A stretch of DNA of 64,000 nucleotides from Octopus vulgaris (taxonomy: Eukaryota), in the NCBI GenBank assembly GCA_951406725.2, contig OX597821.1:32054001-32118000 (forward strand), in the 5' to 3' direction. The number at the start of each line of letters is the position of its first letter. Positions within the stretch are counted from its first letter, which is position 1. Of the stretch, positions 1-14,167 are shown piece by piece. The position numbers and the translations under genes are program-made. The notes under the pieces were generated by a model. That model ran no database searches, was not told the DNA's origin, and saw only the letters and a program-made list of their open reading frames with translations.

Positions 1-4
1 CACT

Positions 5-64
<60 letters not shown>

Positions 65-68
<4 letters not shown>

Positions 69-306
69 GCTCACCCACATGCACATGAACACACATATAC
101 ATATTTAAATATACGCATATTACTTTAGTCAATGTATGTAGATAAGAAATATATACAGTCTACGGTGATATCGGTTGTGAATCTGAACGCCATCGGCTGC
201 ACAGCGCAGATTAGAGGTAAGTGTATGATTCCAGGTAGAGGGAGAGCTAGCACGCAGCATTTTCCTCCTCTGCTCAGCCTCGGAAAATCTCACGTATTTT
301 CGTTTC

Positions 307-384
<78 letters not shown>

Positions 385-405
385 ACACATAATATATATA
401 TACAC

Positions 406-443
<38 letters not shown>

Positions 444-453
444 ACTCATACAT

Positions 454-493
<40 letters not shown>

Positions 494-733
494 TGAAATG
501 CTCACCCACATGCACATGAACACACATATACATATTTAAATATACGCATATTACTTTAGTCAATGTATGTAGATAAGAAATATATACAGTCTACGGTGAT
601 ATCGGTTGTGAATCTGAACGCCATCCGCTGCACAGCGCAGATTAGAGGTAAGTGTATGATTCCAGGTAGAGGGAGAGCTAGCACGCAGCATTTTCCTCCT
701 CTGCTCAGCCTCGGAAAATCTCACGTATTTTCG

Positions 734-740
<7 letters not shown>
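65..740. repeat. Tandem duplication of a ~245-bp unique segment (copies ~65-308 and ~497-739, period ~431 bp) separated by TA/TG microsatellite
   Basis: The copies are near-identical by eye (CATCGGCTG vs CATCCGCTG); ORFs 132..392 and 563..808 share their first ~60 aa. Confidence 0.95.
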
Positions 741-772
<32 letters not shown>

Positions 773-964
773 TATATATCAAAATTATTAAAATTATTAT
801 TTAAATAATATATATATGAATATATATATATATATATATGAATATATATATATACACCCACATCCACACACAGACATACGCACATACATATGTACATTAT
901 TATATATGAACATGTATGTTCAATGAAACGAGTGGGCAAAATTTGTTATGTAGTTAAATCGACA

Positions 965-1760
965 AAACGAGTACAGTGAACCAGCCGTGGAGAGTGAGAA
1001 ACCCAATCTTTCGGGCATAATTCTCCTTCAAGTTAAGGGAAATAAATGAATGGAAGAGAGCAGGGATTTACGTATTCTAAGTTATAATGAATTACTACAA
1101 ATAATAAAGAAGCGGGTACAACTTGCTTTATACGTGAAGAAGTGTTCGAAGAAACTGTAAGACAGAGGGCAGCTTATTGGCATGAAGAGAAACACGCAAA
1201 ATAGAGTGGGAGGTGAAGGGCAAATTTGAAGAGAGAAGGGATTGAGGAATTGCTTTAGGAATTAAGTGTATATATATAATTAGAAGGATAAACATTCATT
1301 TAAACCTCTCGGTGACATTGTCCTAAGTCGGAATCTGAAACGTGACTCCCTCCGTAGTAGTACGTTTCTAGTATGAGCTGAAAGCAATTAGCCTGTTTCC
1401 TCAATATAAAAATCTCTGGAAATTTAGCATACGATGCAGTATATACGGTTAGACGATGTGAAACAGAATTTCTGAGTAATATGATGCATTGGGTTAAGCC
1501 CAGTCACAAATGTAGTGTTGCTAATGTAGGAGCACTTATTTCCTCGTCGGCGACCACATTTAAAAGAACCTTGTTATCTGTAGTCGATCCTTTTTACCAA
1601 CAGATTCCCGAGGTTCTTATCATTTCTTATTAAGGCCTGGAGAGGTGGTCCGAGAAAGACAGAAACAATTCTGGGGTAACAAAGGAAAATACCAAAATTG
1701 CAAATAGGCTTATCTTTCAATGGGAGATTGGAGGAGTGGCAGAGAAGACAGTAGGGTACC
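965..1760 (-). mobile_element. Degenerate Penelope-like element 3' fragment (GIY-YIG endonuclease plus pLTR remnant)
   Basis: Minus-strand translation of ~1630-1385 gives RNDKNLGNLLVKR...GSFKCGRRRGNKCSYISNTTFVTG...KFCFTSSNRIYCIVC*ISRDFYIEETG, typical of PLE Cys-linker/GIY-YIG; pLTR-like TTGAAGGAG..ATGCCCGAAAG near 1005-1035. Confidence 0.75.
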
Positions 1761-4320
1761 GTTTGTAAATGTATGTAAAGACGATAGGAGACGTTTCTCG
1801 GCGTTTTCTGGACGTTTATTTACCATATACGTTTATTGCATGATATCCATAATCAGTTGTGACACAGACGTACTACCAGAGACAGACGCTCACCTAATTT
1901 ATCATTTTCCCAGTTATCTCCCCAAATCTAAATATTCCAAATAAATATTCTCCGCTATATCTGTACACGTTTTACACTATATACACAACTTACACGCACT
2001 TAATTATAATCGACTGTTCATATATGTTTGAATATATTTCAACTTACAAGCTACATTTTGATATTGTGCAAAATATTGTATTTTTTCTTTTTTTTTTCTT
2101 ATTTGCGAGTATTGATCTATCATTTTAATAATAACATAGCTAATTTTTGTCTTTTTATTTAGTGATTATATATTATATTTTTCAGTTTTATTACTTTTTT
2201 TTGTTTTGTTTGCTTAATGCTTGGTCTTTAGTGTTGTTCATCACTCGCCTAGACGATTTAAGTTCTGACTTTGAATCTTATATCTGATTGCATCAATTTA
2301 TTTGACGTTGATGCATTAATGAACTGGCATAACATGCTATATTTTGAGTGTAGACTAATGAAGTGCGTAGACAGAGTCAATGACTAAGCTGAAACTTGTG
2401 ATGTATTCACTCAAATTGATATGACCATAATTTCTTTTTAAATCCTGTATGAAGCATTCGACTATCAAATATTAAAACGAATTCCATTTCAAAATTACAA
2501 AAGGAAAATTCATTACATGAGTATAGGGTGGTAACAGTTAACTGATAATAAATTGCTTTAAATTATTTTCTTATATGATAGTAATATACTAGAATTTACG
2601 CCATTTACAAGGGCCTTGATTACTTTCGTTGTAAACTGCTTACTAATTTCAAATAAATTCTGAACGCTATCATATCTTGCCGAGATTTTATTTACAACCA
2701 AACTGATCAGCGACAATTTCAAATTTTTTTTTTACAGTGAGATTATAGTGTTGAATGTTAATTGAACACATTTGGGGATTTTATGCTGTGTATTCTTATA
2801 AGGAGACGCAAACCCTTAATATAGTCTGCCTTGAATAACTTCATGTAAGAATATGATCTTCTGAATATGTCTGAAATATGATTCTTGTGAGCCAATATAA
2901 AACAATATTCTGCTATTTTTATGATAACAGAAAACAGCTTGCACATGGTATTTCATATGACATCACGTGTGACTAAACAATTGATTAAATGCTGCTAATA
3001 GGGTGGGGTAATTCAATAACTATATCAGTAATATCTTACTCAAAACTAATAGGAAACAAGTGCCTAACTGGTCAATATCTATGAAAGGCATCGTTTACGA
3101 AAAATCAAGTACTGATGGATTTATTATTTACTGATGAGGAAAATCCCCGGGGAGTATTTACAAGATTTCTGGAAAAAGAATATGTTGGAAGCAATAAACA
3201 GGAAAATATGAATATCTAGTGAATAAGTTATATTATTCTTTCTAGAAAGCAGGTAGTAAGATAAATATTAATACGCGTCTCTCTTCGTTTACGTTTACGC
3301 TATTTAAAGGTATTTGCATTTTTACCGATTCGGTTCAGAAATATGGACATTTCTTTTACTGAACAAAGCAGTCTTTAAAATAGCCTCAGAACTGGTAATA
3401 CAACGACGCCAATCTAGAGCACTAGCAGTGAATAGAATAGAAAGGAAATATCCTAAGAAAATACATGGCAAATATTGGAGCAAAAAATATGTCTGTGATG
3501 GTGGTATACTATCTCATGTGTCTTATAAGAGGACAAGACAGAAGTCTTCTTTCCACAAACCAAAAAAAAAGAAATCTCTTATATTCATCAGTGGGATTCC
3601 CGAGCTATTTTTTGTTTTTATGTTAATTCTTCATCACCGCCCTATATCTGATACATAGCAGACAGTATTAGTTTAGTGGGCTATGCATATATTTCAATAA
3701 TACAAGGTTATTATGTTATTATTTTTTGTCATACAATTATGTGCATCATAATCAGGATATATTATATATTATGGACATTTTTTGTTGCTGCAAAATGCAA
3801 GAACGAAATTAAAATATGCTAATTTAAATTATTTTTTTTTTACAAAATATATCTAGTTTTCTTAAATATGAACATAATATATTAACAAAATAAAATTGAA
3901 AATGAGTAAACTTTCGCATAACACAGCTAGACTGACAACTGACTACAATATATTCTGCAATATAATGTTCTAATAAAATGCCTATTTTTCTATGCAGTGC
4001 TTTGGAAAAAAAACATTTGAAAATGTGTTTTATAAAAGCAAATATTAAAGTTATGCATAAATTCAAAGAATAGATTTGAAATAAGTTGAAATAAGTTACA
4101 AAATAGCAGATGATTAATGATATTTTACAAGTTTCTGAAATTTATTTCTGTATATAATTCAAAGACATATAGATTAGTGGTTAGTAATGTGGATATTCTA
4201 TAATACTCGGGCAGTTAGGTTTACTTTAAAATAGGTGATTTGTAATAGGAGTTATATTGCTGCAAGGTATATCAGGCAAGAAGTGAAACACCACGCTTAA
4301 TAATAGTTACCTATATAGAT

Positions 4321-4355
<35 letters not shown>

Positions 4356-4436
4356 GCAAGCACATTTATACATACATGGTTATTCATATACATTAACATG
4401 TAAACATATGATGTGCATACATACGTACATACATAT

Positions 4437-4533
<97 letters not shown>

Positions 4534-4744
4534 TTCTTATGCTTAGTAGCATTTTTGTTTCTTAAGCTTTTCCCACACTTCCATGCCTTCGTGGTCGAAA
4601 TATAGATGTAGCATTTGAGGACTAGTACCATCCCCACACATTTCAGGTGTTGTGTCATGTTTTACCCTGAATTGAATTCCACCAAAGCGATTGTTGTTGT
4701 TTCGGCTTTAAGTCGGCAAGCTGAAGAATCTTTAATATGCCAGA

Positions 4745-4902
4745 TTTCATGTCCTGAGTTCAAATTCCGCCGTGGTCGTCTTTGCTTTTCATTGTTTTTA
4801 TGTGTCGATAAAATAAGTACCAACTGAGCATGGGATTCGACGTAATCGACTCACCATCCCACCATCCGAACTTTGATGGCCTTGGCCCAACATTTGAAAC
4901 CA
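4745..4902 (+). mobile_element. SINE fragment (GAGTTCAAATTCCGCC...GTCGATAAAATAAGTACC family)
   Basis: B-box-like GAGTTCAAATTCC and a core shared with copies at 36070 and 51781. Confidence 0.8.
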
Positions 4903-5669
4903 ATAGTACACTCACTGTAAATCGTTACACCATTCCTTGTGTATGCGAATGCATTTTTTAAAATATGTAATCCCATAAACGAGGAGCTCTTTCTGCCTCG
5001 TCGTTTCCAAATATGCATTGCACCTGTTGAGATTTGAGTGAGGGAATACATTAAGGACTTGTCACACATACATAAACACATAGTCATAACACAAGCAAAG
5101 CATTCCCCCAAAACATCGAAAACACACGCTTATATATACACCTGACCCGTCACAATATACAAAATAAATTTACAAACAACAGAAAGAAACACATAGACAC
5201 AGACACACACATGCATACACACACAGATACCCCCCCACACACACACACACTACTAGTCAGAACTACTGAGCTCTTCCCCTCAATAGAAAAAATGATAAAA
5301 AGTAAAATACCGTGACAATATATCCCAACAACTAATAAATAGACACGCAAATGCACACACCCACAGCAAAACAAATGGCAAATAATTCCACTCTAATTCT
5401 CTGAATAAGATCCTCCAAAATCATTCAAACATTTTCTCCCAATTGAAAAATGATTTCAAAAACACATACACACACACAAACACATACAGCTGTCTAAACC
5501 ATGATTCGAAAGACTCCTTGAAACTTGGGTTCTTGAATCCCATCCCTAAACTTATATCGACAGATATATTTATAGGAGCAAAATTTCCTTAAGAACGAAA
5601 ATATGGTTACAAACTGTTAAACCACACCAACAATGTTTTTCCTCTCTGAATCACCCCCAAATTCTTACT

Positions 5670-5708
5670 AATATTTGATAAGATAGATACATCGAAACCG
5701 GTTATATT
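5670..5708 (+). ncRNA. Minimal type I hammerhead-like motif (U3-A8 core) in a decayed PLE-like terminal repeat
   Basis: AATAT-TTGATAA-GAT(AGATAC)ATC-GAAA-CCGG-TT-ATATT: stem I AATAT/ATATT, stem II GAT/ATC, palindromic stem III ACCGGT. Confidence 0.5.
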
Positions 5709-5809
5709 TTATTAAACATTCACTAAAATATACTTTTGTGACTTTTCCAATAATATTTACTTTTTTAACTCCCCCCCCATATAGAATATATATATATATA
5801 TACATACGA

Positions 5810-5968
5810 AGGATTTCCTTAGTTCGTGTTCCAATTCAGCACACAGGGCTTTGGTCGGCTCGAGGCTATAATTGAAGACTCTTGTCCAAGATGCCATGTA
5901 GTGGGACTGGACCCGGAACCATGCAGTGGCGAAACAAGCTTCTTGTCATACAGCCACGCCTGCGCCTA
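5810..5968 (-). mobile_element. tRNA-derived SINE 5' part (same family as 15800-16170)
   Basis: Reverse complement reads AGGCGCAGGCGTGGCTGT...GGTTCCGGGTCCAGTCCCACTAC...CCGACCAAAGCCCTGTG, matching the 15800 copy. Confidence 0.8.
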
Positions 5969-6062
5969 TATACGACCACATACTAAGTATCTCGAAACAA
6001 ACGATTAATGTTTTAAAGCACCAAAAATATTTTAAGTTATATTCGCAGTGAAAAATTATATA

Positions 6063-7627
6063 GAGTTGCTGCCATGATATAGCGGTAAAAAACAGGTGTA
6101 TCGAATTATTTATTACAGAACAGTAACAACACGTTGAGACTAGATATGTTATCCATATTTTGATATAACTAATATCTATCTCGAGTGAAAAATTTTAATG
6201 AATGGAGTAAATATTTCGTAAGTTATGAGGAAATAAACAAGCAATTTTCCAAATTGCAGAGGCCAAACGTTGAGCGTCATTTAGATAAATGAGCTATTAA
6301 CTGAGGTATTTGTTGTTTAGAAGAGTGTTAATGGGTTAGCAGTTACTGGGAGCATTCAACTGTCAACATGACGGCTTGTAAGAGACGACCGGTGTCATGT
6401 AATGAAAAACAATGTATTGCGTGGCTTCACAAAGTGGGCAACTACTGTAAGGAGGTCTAGAAGTGTTGTGCAACGAAATGGAGGTCATTTTAAGTGATGA
6501 CGATCGACAGATGCTAAACCCAAAGCCGATAGAGCTCTCAAAACTTCACCAAGACAGGATCGCATTGAGGTTAGAATGTCACAGAAAGATAGGTTTATGA
6601 GTGCTGCTGAGATATCCCACGAGTTTAGCACCACTTTCGATGTCAAGGTATTGTGCAAAATATATTCTCGGACGTTACGAGGTCCTGAGTTGCTTGCTTG
6701 GGCACCGGTAAAGAAAGCTCTGATCTCCAAGAAGAATCAAAGAACCTGTCTTCGTTTCGCTCACAAACATTTCGTTTGGACAGAAGAACAGTAATCGCAG
6801 GTTCATTTTAGTGATGAATCGAATCTTAGTGTGTTTGGTTCCGATGGCGGGATGTACGTTCGACGAAGAAGTGGCGAAATGCTATCTCGTGCAAGTGTGA
6901 AGAAGACAGAGAAATATGGCATGGTGAATGATCTCTGCTGCTGGTTCTGGTCCACTTATTCGCCTACAAGAGACTGTCACTTGCTAAAATCTACAAGCGG
7001 AATCTGAGACAGCATGCCTTTCCTCATTTCCAATCCTCGTCAGTTCAATCTCCTATCTTCGTGCAGGACAACGCTCCCAGTCACACTGCGAAGAGCGTCA
7101 AAGTGTTTTTGAATGATGAAAGGGCTGATCTGATGGACTGTCCCCCTCAAGGTCTCAATCTCAATCCTGTAGAAAACGTTTGGAAGATTACTGGAGATGG
7201 GCACGAACGAGAAATCCAAAGAGTCAAGATGAACTCTGGGAATTATTGAAAACCGAATACAACAATATTACTACATCATTTTGCAAGAAATTAATTCCGT
7301 CCTCTGCTACCAAATGTCAGGAGGTCATTGATAGTAAAGCTATGTCCACAAAATATTAAAAGTTAGGGTTTCTCTTTCGTTCTTGTTCCGCTTTTCATTG
7401 TTTTTCTAAGTGACCCTAAACTTTTGGCCATTGCAGTTTCAAAGATTATTTGTTTATTTACTCATAACTTACGAAATATTTATTCCATTCACTTGACATT
7501 TTCATGAAAGATAGATATTAGTCATCTAAATATGCGTAAAATATCTAGTCTCAACGTTTGTTAATCTTCTAGAATAAATATTTCAATTAACTTGTTCTTA
7601 CTGACCATTATATTATGGCCGCTAGAG
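6063..7627 (+). mobile_element. Tc1-like DNA transposon with ~215-bp IR/DR-type terminal inverted repeats and a degenerate DD34E transposase
   Basis: TIRs ~6063-6279 and ~7411-7627 flanked by TA; motifs KKALISKKNQRTCLRFA, FSDES and QDNAPSH..(34 aa)..NPVENVW; stops and frameshifts present. Confidence 0.93.
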
Positions 7628-8492
7628 TATGTTCATGTGTGTGTATGAGTGTGCGTTCGTGTGAGTGCGTGAGTGCATCGTCTGTGTTTAAAGATCTGAT
7701 TGAGCAAAATCTCTAAAACCTTAATATAACCTTGTGATGGTAAATAAGCTGTCTGAGGTATTTTAAATACAAAGCTCTATCTTCCATCAGATTTCATAAA
7801 TAATTCGCCAAACCTGACTTACACGCTTTCCCCTACTTGATTTTATACAGGGGAGGTATTGTCCACCCTAGATTTTTAAATGTTGAAGACACGCGATACG
7901 TGTCTACACAGAAGACTTGCAAGTATCCGGTGTCTGTTACAGAGAATGTGTCTATGTGGGTGAAAGATAATATGTTTGTTTGAGTGTGTGTGTGTGTGGT
8001 GTGTCTGGGTTTTAGTGCGCGAGTATTTGAGTGCGTGTGTGTGTGAGAGTGAGAGACAGACAGAAAAAAAGAGTGCGTGAATATGTAGTTGACAGTGTGT
8101 ATGAGTGGGTAGAAAATCATCGTTGCAATCATATTTACTCAGATTCTGAGAATAAGAGCTTCTGTTTGAAGGCTGCATTTTGGTTTTACGCACTTCCACA
8201 GATTTGTTACTAAACAATTGTCATAAGATATTTATATGACGCCATTTCGTACTTTACAACAGAGAGAGAGAGAGAGAGAGGCAGAGTTGGCAGAGTAATA
8301 AAAATGTTTTATGATTGCCAATTACTATCGCAACAAAAATATTAACTGAGAAATTAGCAGACAAACAAATATAATCATAATAGAGCTACTGAAGAGATTA
8401 TAGAGATATAATCAGCACGCAAACACACACACACAGACATACACACATATACACGCACGCACAAACACACGCACACATACGCGCCCATATAG

Positions 8493-8539
<47 letters not shown>

Positions 8540-8542
8540 TAT

Positions 8543-8575
<33 letters not shown>

Positions 8576-8624
8576 CATATGTATGTGTGGGCGGGCGCCC
8601 ACACACTTATACGCAAGACATGTA

Positions 8625-8770
8625 TAGGCGTAGACCAGACTGTGTAGTCAGAAATTTACTTGGCAGCCATATGGTTCTCGCTTCAGTCCCACCAAGAGTC
8701 TACTATAGTAGACCCATGTGAACCAAAAGCGTGTAAGTGAATTTTGTTTATGGAAAGTAAGAGAACCCCA
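8625..8770 (+). mobile_element. Highly degenerate SINE (15800 family head)
   Basis: GGTTCTCGCTTCAGTCCCAC...TCTACTATAG...ACCAAAAGCGTGTAAGTGAATT resembles the 15800 copy. Confidence 0.55.
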
Positions 8771-8915
8771 TTATATATATATGTATATATATACATCAAT
8801 ATACACACACAAACCCATGCATGAACACGCACACATGCACATACACAAACGCACACACAGATGCACAAGCATAATCTCTCTATATATATATTTATATAAA
8901 TATCTGTGTGTGTAC

Positions 8916-8955
<40 letters not shown>

Positions 8956-9039
8956 ATTGATGCATTGTGTTCCACAAGTTGAATATGTTTTACGATACGT
9001 TAAATCCGGTTGCATATTGACTTCAAATTCTAGCACAAG

Positions 9040-9235
9040 GCAACTAGATTTATTGGGTAAGGGCCACTAAATGGACTTCATCGACGCTAGTACTCAGCTG
9101 CTACCTATTTTATCGACTCGGAAATGAAGAATTCCAAAGAAGAAGCCGGTGACGTTGAACTCGGGAAGTAAGAAAGGCCGGGATATATCTCTAAGCTTTT
9201 CATCCGATGTTCCATAGATTCTGCCAGCTCTCCGA
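9040..9235 (-). mobile_element. Degenerate SINE (GTCGATAAAAT core family)
   Basis: Reverse complement contains CCGAGTTCAACGTCACCGGC...GAGTCGATAAAATAGGTAGCAGCTGAGTAC. Confidence 0.55.
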
Positions 9236-9337
9236 TTTTCAAATAGATATTGGGAGAAAAAACATCTTGCAGAAAATAATTTGATATCCCACACTCAAGA
9301 AAAATGACCTATGCACAAGACCTTGTTGTGTGTTTCT

Positions 9338-9404
<67 letters not shown>

Positions 9405-9963
9405 AATTGGGTCGGTAAGCAGTGTCGAGTTTTATAATTCCGTAAATAATAATAATGGTATTTTTTATTAAATTGAAGCGTATAGCCGTCACTTTGCAAA
9501 TGAATAAAGAAAATTGTTTAGTATACCCCATTATTATACTACTTCCCTAGTCATTTGCTCGGTGTCACTATATGCTTTAAGCTTATAAGATCCCATTATT
9601 ATTAACAGAATTGTAATATTTGGTCATATTTGAAGGAAACATCTCCAGAACGGAATTTTAAAAATCATTTCTGATATTTGCGTTCTTTTAAGCAACCGAT
9701 ACCATAAACTTCACATATCTGTTTGTGAGCCTCGGTAGCATTTTTTGCTTTTACGGATATAAAAAGGCAAAATAAGGCTAAAATGTTCGATTTTGCACTC
9801 CATGTTAAAATTGATACTGAGCTAACTGCTGTAAATAAATTAGGTGCACTTTCTACTAAAGTAAGCTAAAAGTAACGTCTATCAAATGGCAAAAAAAGGC
9901 CATAACATTGATAAGCTCAACCTTAACTCTATTTGCAGAAAACGAAATCACTTTCTACCCAAC

Positions 9964-10015
<52 letters not shown>

Positions 10016-10019
<4 letters not shown>

Positions 10020-10872
10020 AAGTGATGTCAAGAAAATAACTCATTTAGCTAAGTTAAGTTTTAACATCATTTCCTTCGAAATAGTTATCTTGTGCAGCAA
10101 TAAACCAGTTCTAACGTTTCTGACACTTTTGGAAACTGGCCTGGAAGTCACTTTCCATAAGAGTATCGAGGACCTCCTGCGATTCTTTCTGGAACTCGAC
10201 AAGGGTGACTTTTGAGTTGCATTTTCATTTTGGGGAGAATATGCAAGTCTGCATGTGCCAAATTTGGCGAATAGGCTGGGTGCGGAAGTGATGCCAGGCT
10301 GTTTCTGTTGTGAAACCCACGAATGAGGATAGCTCGGTGAAGAACCTAATTTTTCGCGCTCCACAGATCCGGTCGCTTTTGAGGATGTTCTCTGTCAAAC
10401 GCTTTAAGTGATAATCTGGCACTGGAGGTGAAGGGGTGAATTCACGATACACAATAAGACCTCTCAGGTGGTGACTCTCGTGGCAATACTTCCAGATTGC
10501 TCATCGACTCCCACCGATTTTCTTCCGCTGTTGAAGCAGCTGTTCCACTCGAAACATCGTGTATGATCCGTTACCTCATCGTGTACACCACCTACGGAAG
10601 CATACTCAATGTCTCTGTAGGAGACTTCCTAAGTTTAATGCAAAATTTCACGTCGGCTCTTTATTCCTGTCCTTGAAAAAATCGTAGGCTACAGCATGCA
10701 CGTGATCACAAAAGCACAATTTCACAACTTTGTATTTAATTCCACAACAGCGATTTAATTCGGTACACTACTTCATGGAAGTCACTGCTAGTTACCACTG
10801 CTCAAGTGACAGTGAGCTGCAATCATTTAGCGCGCTACAAAACTAGTCCGGGAACCTTTTGATACAATCTCT
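10016..10872 (-). mobile_element. Internally deleted, degenerate mariner element
   Basis: Minus-strand HPAYSPNLAHADLHILPKMK and C-terminal FQKCQKR*NWFIAAQDNYFEGN; TIR-like GTATCAAAAGGTTCCCGGACT at the right end; sits in (TA)n. Confidence 0.8.
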
Positions 10873-10969
10873 TATATATATGTGTATGTGTATTTGTGTG
10901 CTTGTGTGTGTGAGTATATGTGTAAGTGTGTGTGTGTCTGTAAATATATATCTACGTATATAAATATTG

Positions 10970-11039
<70 letters not shown>

Positions 11040-11042
<3 letters not shown>

Positions 11043-11148
11043 CGTGACCGACCAGGCTATCAGACGTTGCTACACATCACTGGTCACAAGGCACTTCGCA
11101 TTGTTTTATCCTTCAAATGACGCCACCCCGTTGGCTAAGCAAGCAGGT

Positions 11149-11150
<2 letters not shown>
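11040..11150. mobile_element. Short GC-richer interspersed repeat fragment between two (TA)n tracts (probable SINE/LINE tail)
   Basis: 110-bp non-microsatellite island bounded by TA runs; family assignment by recognition only. Confidence 0.4.
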
Positions 11151-11184
<34 letters not shown>

Positions 11185-11594
11185 AAGAGAGATAGAGAAA
11201 GAGAGAGAAGCATTATTAGTGCACTAGCGTGAGTCGCTGTGAAGTGCTGACACCGAAACTGAAAACAACAATTTGCACCAACCCTCTATTTCATCCATTG
11301 CCTCATCTGGAGAGAGATATTCCTCACTACTTTCTCTCGATTAGTTTTGTAATAAAGAGAAAAATAGTGCATCATAAAATTAGTTTAATATTCAGCTTAT
11401 GATATCGTCAGACATGGCGATAAATGAAAAACAAAATACTGATGATAATGCAAATAATGATGACAATGATTTTAATCTACAGTTAATTATCTAAAATACA
11501 TTGCGGATGTAATACATTGCTAAAGAGTAAACAGTGCTATATTATCATAAATTGATCTATCAACATATATCTATATATTTGTAGAATTCGTTAT

Positions 11595-11642
<48 letters not shown>

Positions 11643-11766
11643 GGAGTGAGAGAGAGATAGATAGATATATATAGATACATACATACATACATACATATAT
11701 AGCTATTTATATTTATATATATATACATATATAGGTATATATACATATATAGGTATATATACATAC

Positions 11767-11826
<60 letters not shown>

Positions 11827-11914
11827 GTGTGTGCGTGTGTATTATAGGAAGAGTAGGAAGTAACTGTAATAGACTGATATAGACAGACAGAGAAACTGGC
11901 AGACGGAGAGACAC

Positions 11915-11939
11915 AAAGACAGATAGATAGGTAGATAGG

Positions 11940-12004
<65 letters not shown>

Positions 12005-12009
12005 GGATG

Positions 12010-12070
<61 letters not shown>

Positions 12071-12071
12071 G

Positions 12072-12109
<38 letters not shown>

Positions 12110-12110
12110 C
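11915..12110. repeat. (GATA)n tetranucleotide microsatellite
   Basis: Direct inspection. Confidence 0.98.
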
Positions 12111-13199
12111 TTAGTAACCGGTTTTGAATTTATTCCATTGTTAGTCGTTGCTTTACATGCGTAAATAATAAATGCTGTCTATTAGACGGTAATTTGTGAG
12201 TGTGTTGGAAATGACAAAGCTGCAGACAACTAGCTAGACTGATTATCACACAGGTCAGCTAACCGTTGACGATGCAAGATGAACTTTACAGTTTTTTAAT
12301 AGATAATTGCAATGCTAATAATCTTGTTCTATATGTGCTAAATTACTTGAGTTACAGAGTTATGTCCCTTCCTTTCCGTCGCGTGCATGTCTGAATTATT
12401 TATTCATAAAAAAATATTTAGTTTAGTATAACGTAAGATAGACGTGTTCATTCATGCGGCTCTTTGTTTGCTAATTACGAAATAGATTCTAACTTTTCAA
12501 TAGTTTTTAATGTTGCCATCATTTTTTTGAAAATGCATTAAAAGCTTATAATAACAAAAATAGAACTGGTTGTAGCAATCGACACTGATATATGCTTAAT
12601 ATGTCAACTACAAGTGAATGTATTTCAAAAACGTTTAACATAGATATTTAATTTAACGTATGCAGTTATCTTTACTTGTTTTTGGTTCATAATGTTGTGA
12701 ACATCGCTCTAGAGTTATAGTGAAATGGTGTCAAGTTGCTCTGGGATCGTTCTCTTTAATAGCAATGTCCTAGGAAATTCATCCACCATTTGCATCACTC
12801 AGTGCATCACTCACTTAAAGAAAAATCCTGCTCGAATGGAGAGGCTACACCTTTTAAAAAGGGAATTTCATAATTTGCTGGCGTCATTGACGGAAATTCT
12901 GTAGAAAAACGTCTATTTTAACTATTTGTTATCAACTTAAATATCACCAAACGTATCTCAAATAATGTTAATGAATTATAAACATTTCTTCATTAGCTAT
13001 TCTTTGAGCATTTCCTGTAGATCCGTCCTTCCGTTTTGAGAATGCTACTGTTATCTGTTCTATGGATTTCCAAAATTTCCTTTACACCCTGCTTAAATGA
13101 AATAGTAGCAAGATGATAATTTGAGCTGAACAAGAAATGGATGGCATGCTTTTGTAACATCAATATATTTTTATATGTTGTGTAAAGAGGTTAAGATGA

Positions 13200-13400
13200 A
13201 AAGCTGGCAAGAATTGTTGTGCCAGAAAAATATACTTAACTGCATTTCTTCAGACTTTAAATTCTGAATTCAAATACTGCTGGGGACGACATTGACTTTT
13301 ATCGTAGTCTATAAATTGAGTACCTTTGAACATTGAGTTCAATATAATCAGTTAATTCTCTCCCCCGAAATTGCTGACATTTTGCCACAATTTGAAATTT
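13200..13400 (+). mobile_element. Degenerate SINE (GTCGATAAA core family)
   Basis: TTCTGAATTCAAATACTGC...TATAAATTGAGTACC...CCCCCGAAATTGCTG..CCACAATTTGAAA parallels 4745-4902. Confidence 0.55.
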
Positions 13401-14167
13401 TATAGGTTACCTTTTACGATAATAGGCCACATTGTTTTCTTTTTCAACCAGGTTGCCTATTTAATGGACTTCAGAAAGTTACGAAATTATTACAAATTTC
13501 TTATTGGGGTTGCCTAATATATAAATATCAAAATCTGCTGAACAACGACACACTTATTTTTCATATAGGTAGAAAACTGAGAATCTTGGAAATAAACTAG
13601 CAATTTATGCCAAAACCATTTTTATTATGAAATGTGAAGAATCAATCAATAGACTATTTTGGTTGGATTGCGATGTAAGTGGAGGCTATCAATAACACTG
13701 CATATCACCAAGCCTTTGTTTATGATGAAGGAAGTTAAAACCCTTTGGGACAAATACGAATGAAATACAATACCACTAGCAAATAGGACGGCATATTCCA
13801 GTCTTTAATCAACAAATTCTTCCTTCATTTTTGACAAACGAAGATCGTTCAGGATATCATGTGATTTGATGTTAGAATGTTTATACCAGGAAAGGTGCGG
13901 ATTATAAGATGAAATTGATGCTTAAGAGTCTCTAAAATGTAAACGTCGTTATTCTGTGGGACAGGCTTAACTAGCCTCGCATAGATATTTTGTGCTGACT
14001 GCTTCTGTTTCGAATGCCACGCTTTCGAAATGTTGGAGTCGAGCAAATATAGAGTTAATGGTTATGATCAGTGAGTTGTGTGAATAGCAAAGTTATTACA
14101 AAAGCTATGCAATTCCTTTGGCATTGCAACAAATAGGGGATCAGTAATGATTGGTTCCAATCTCTAT

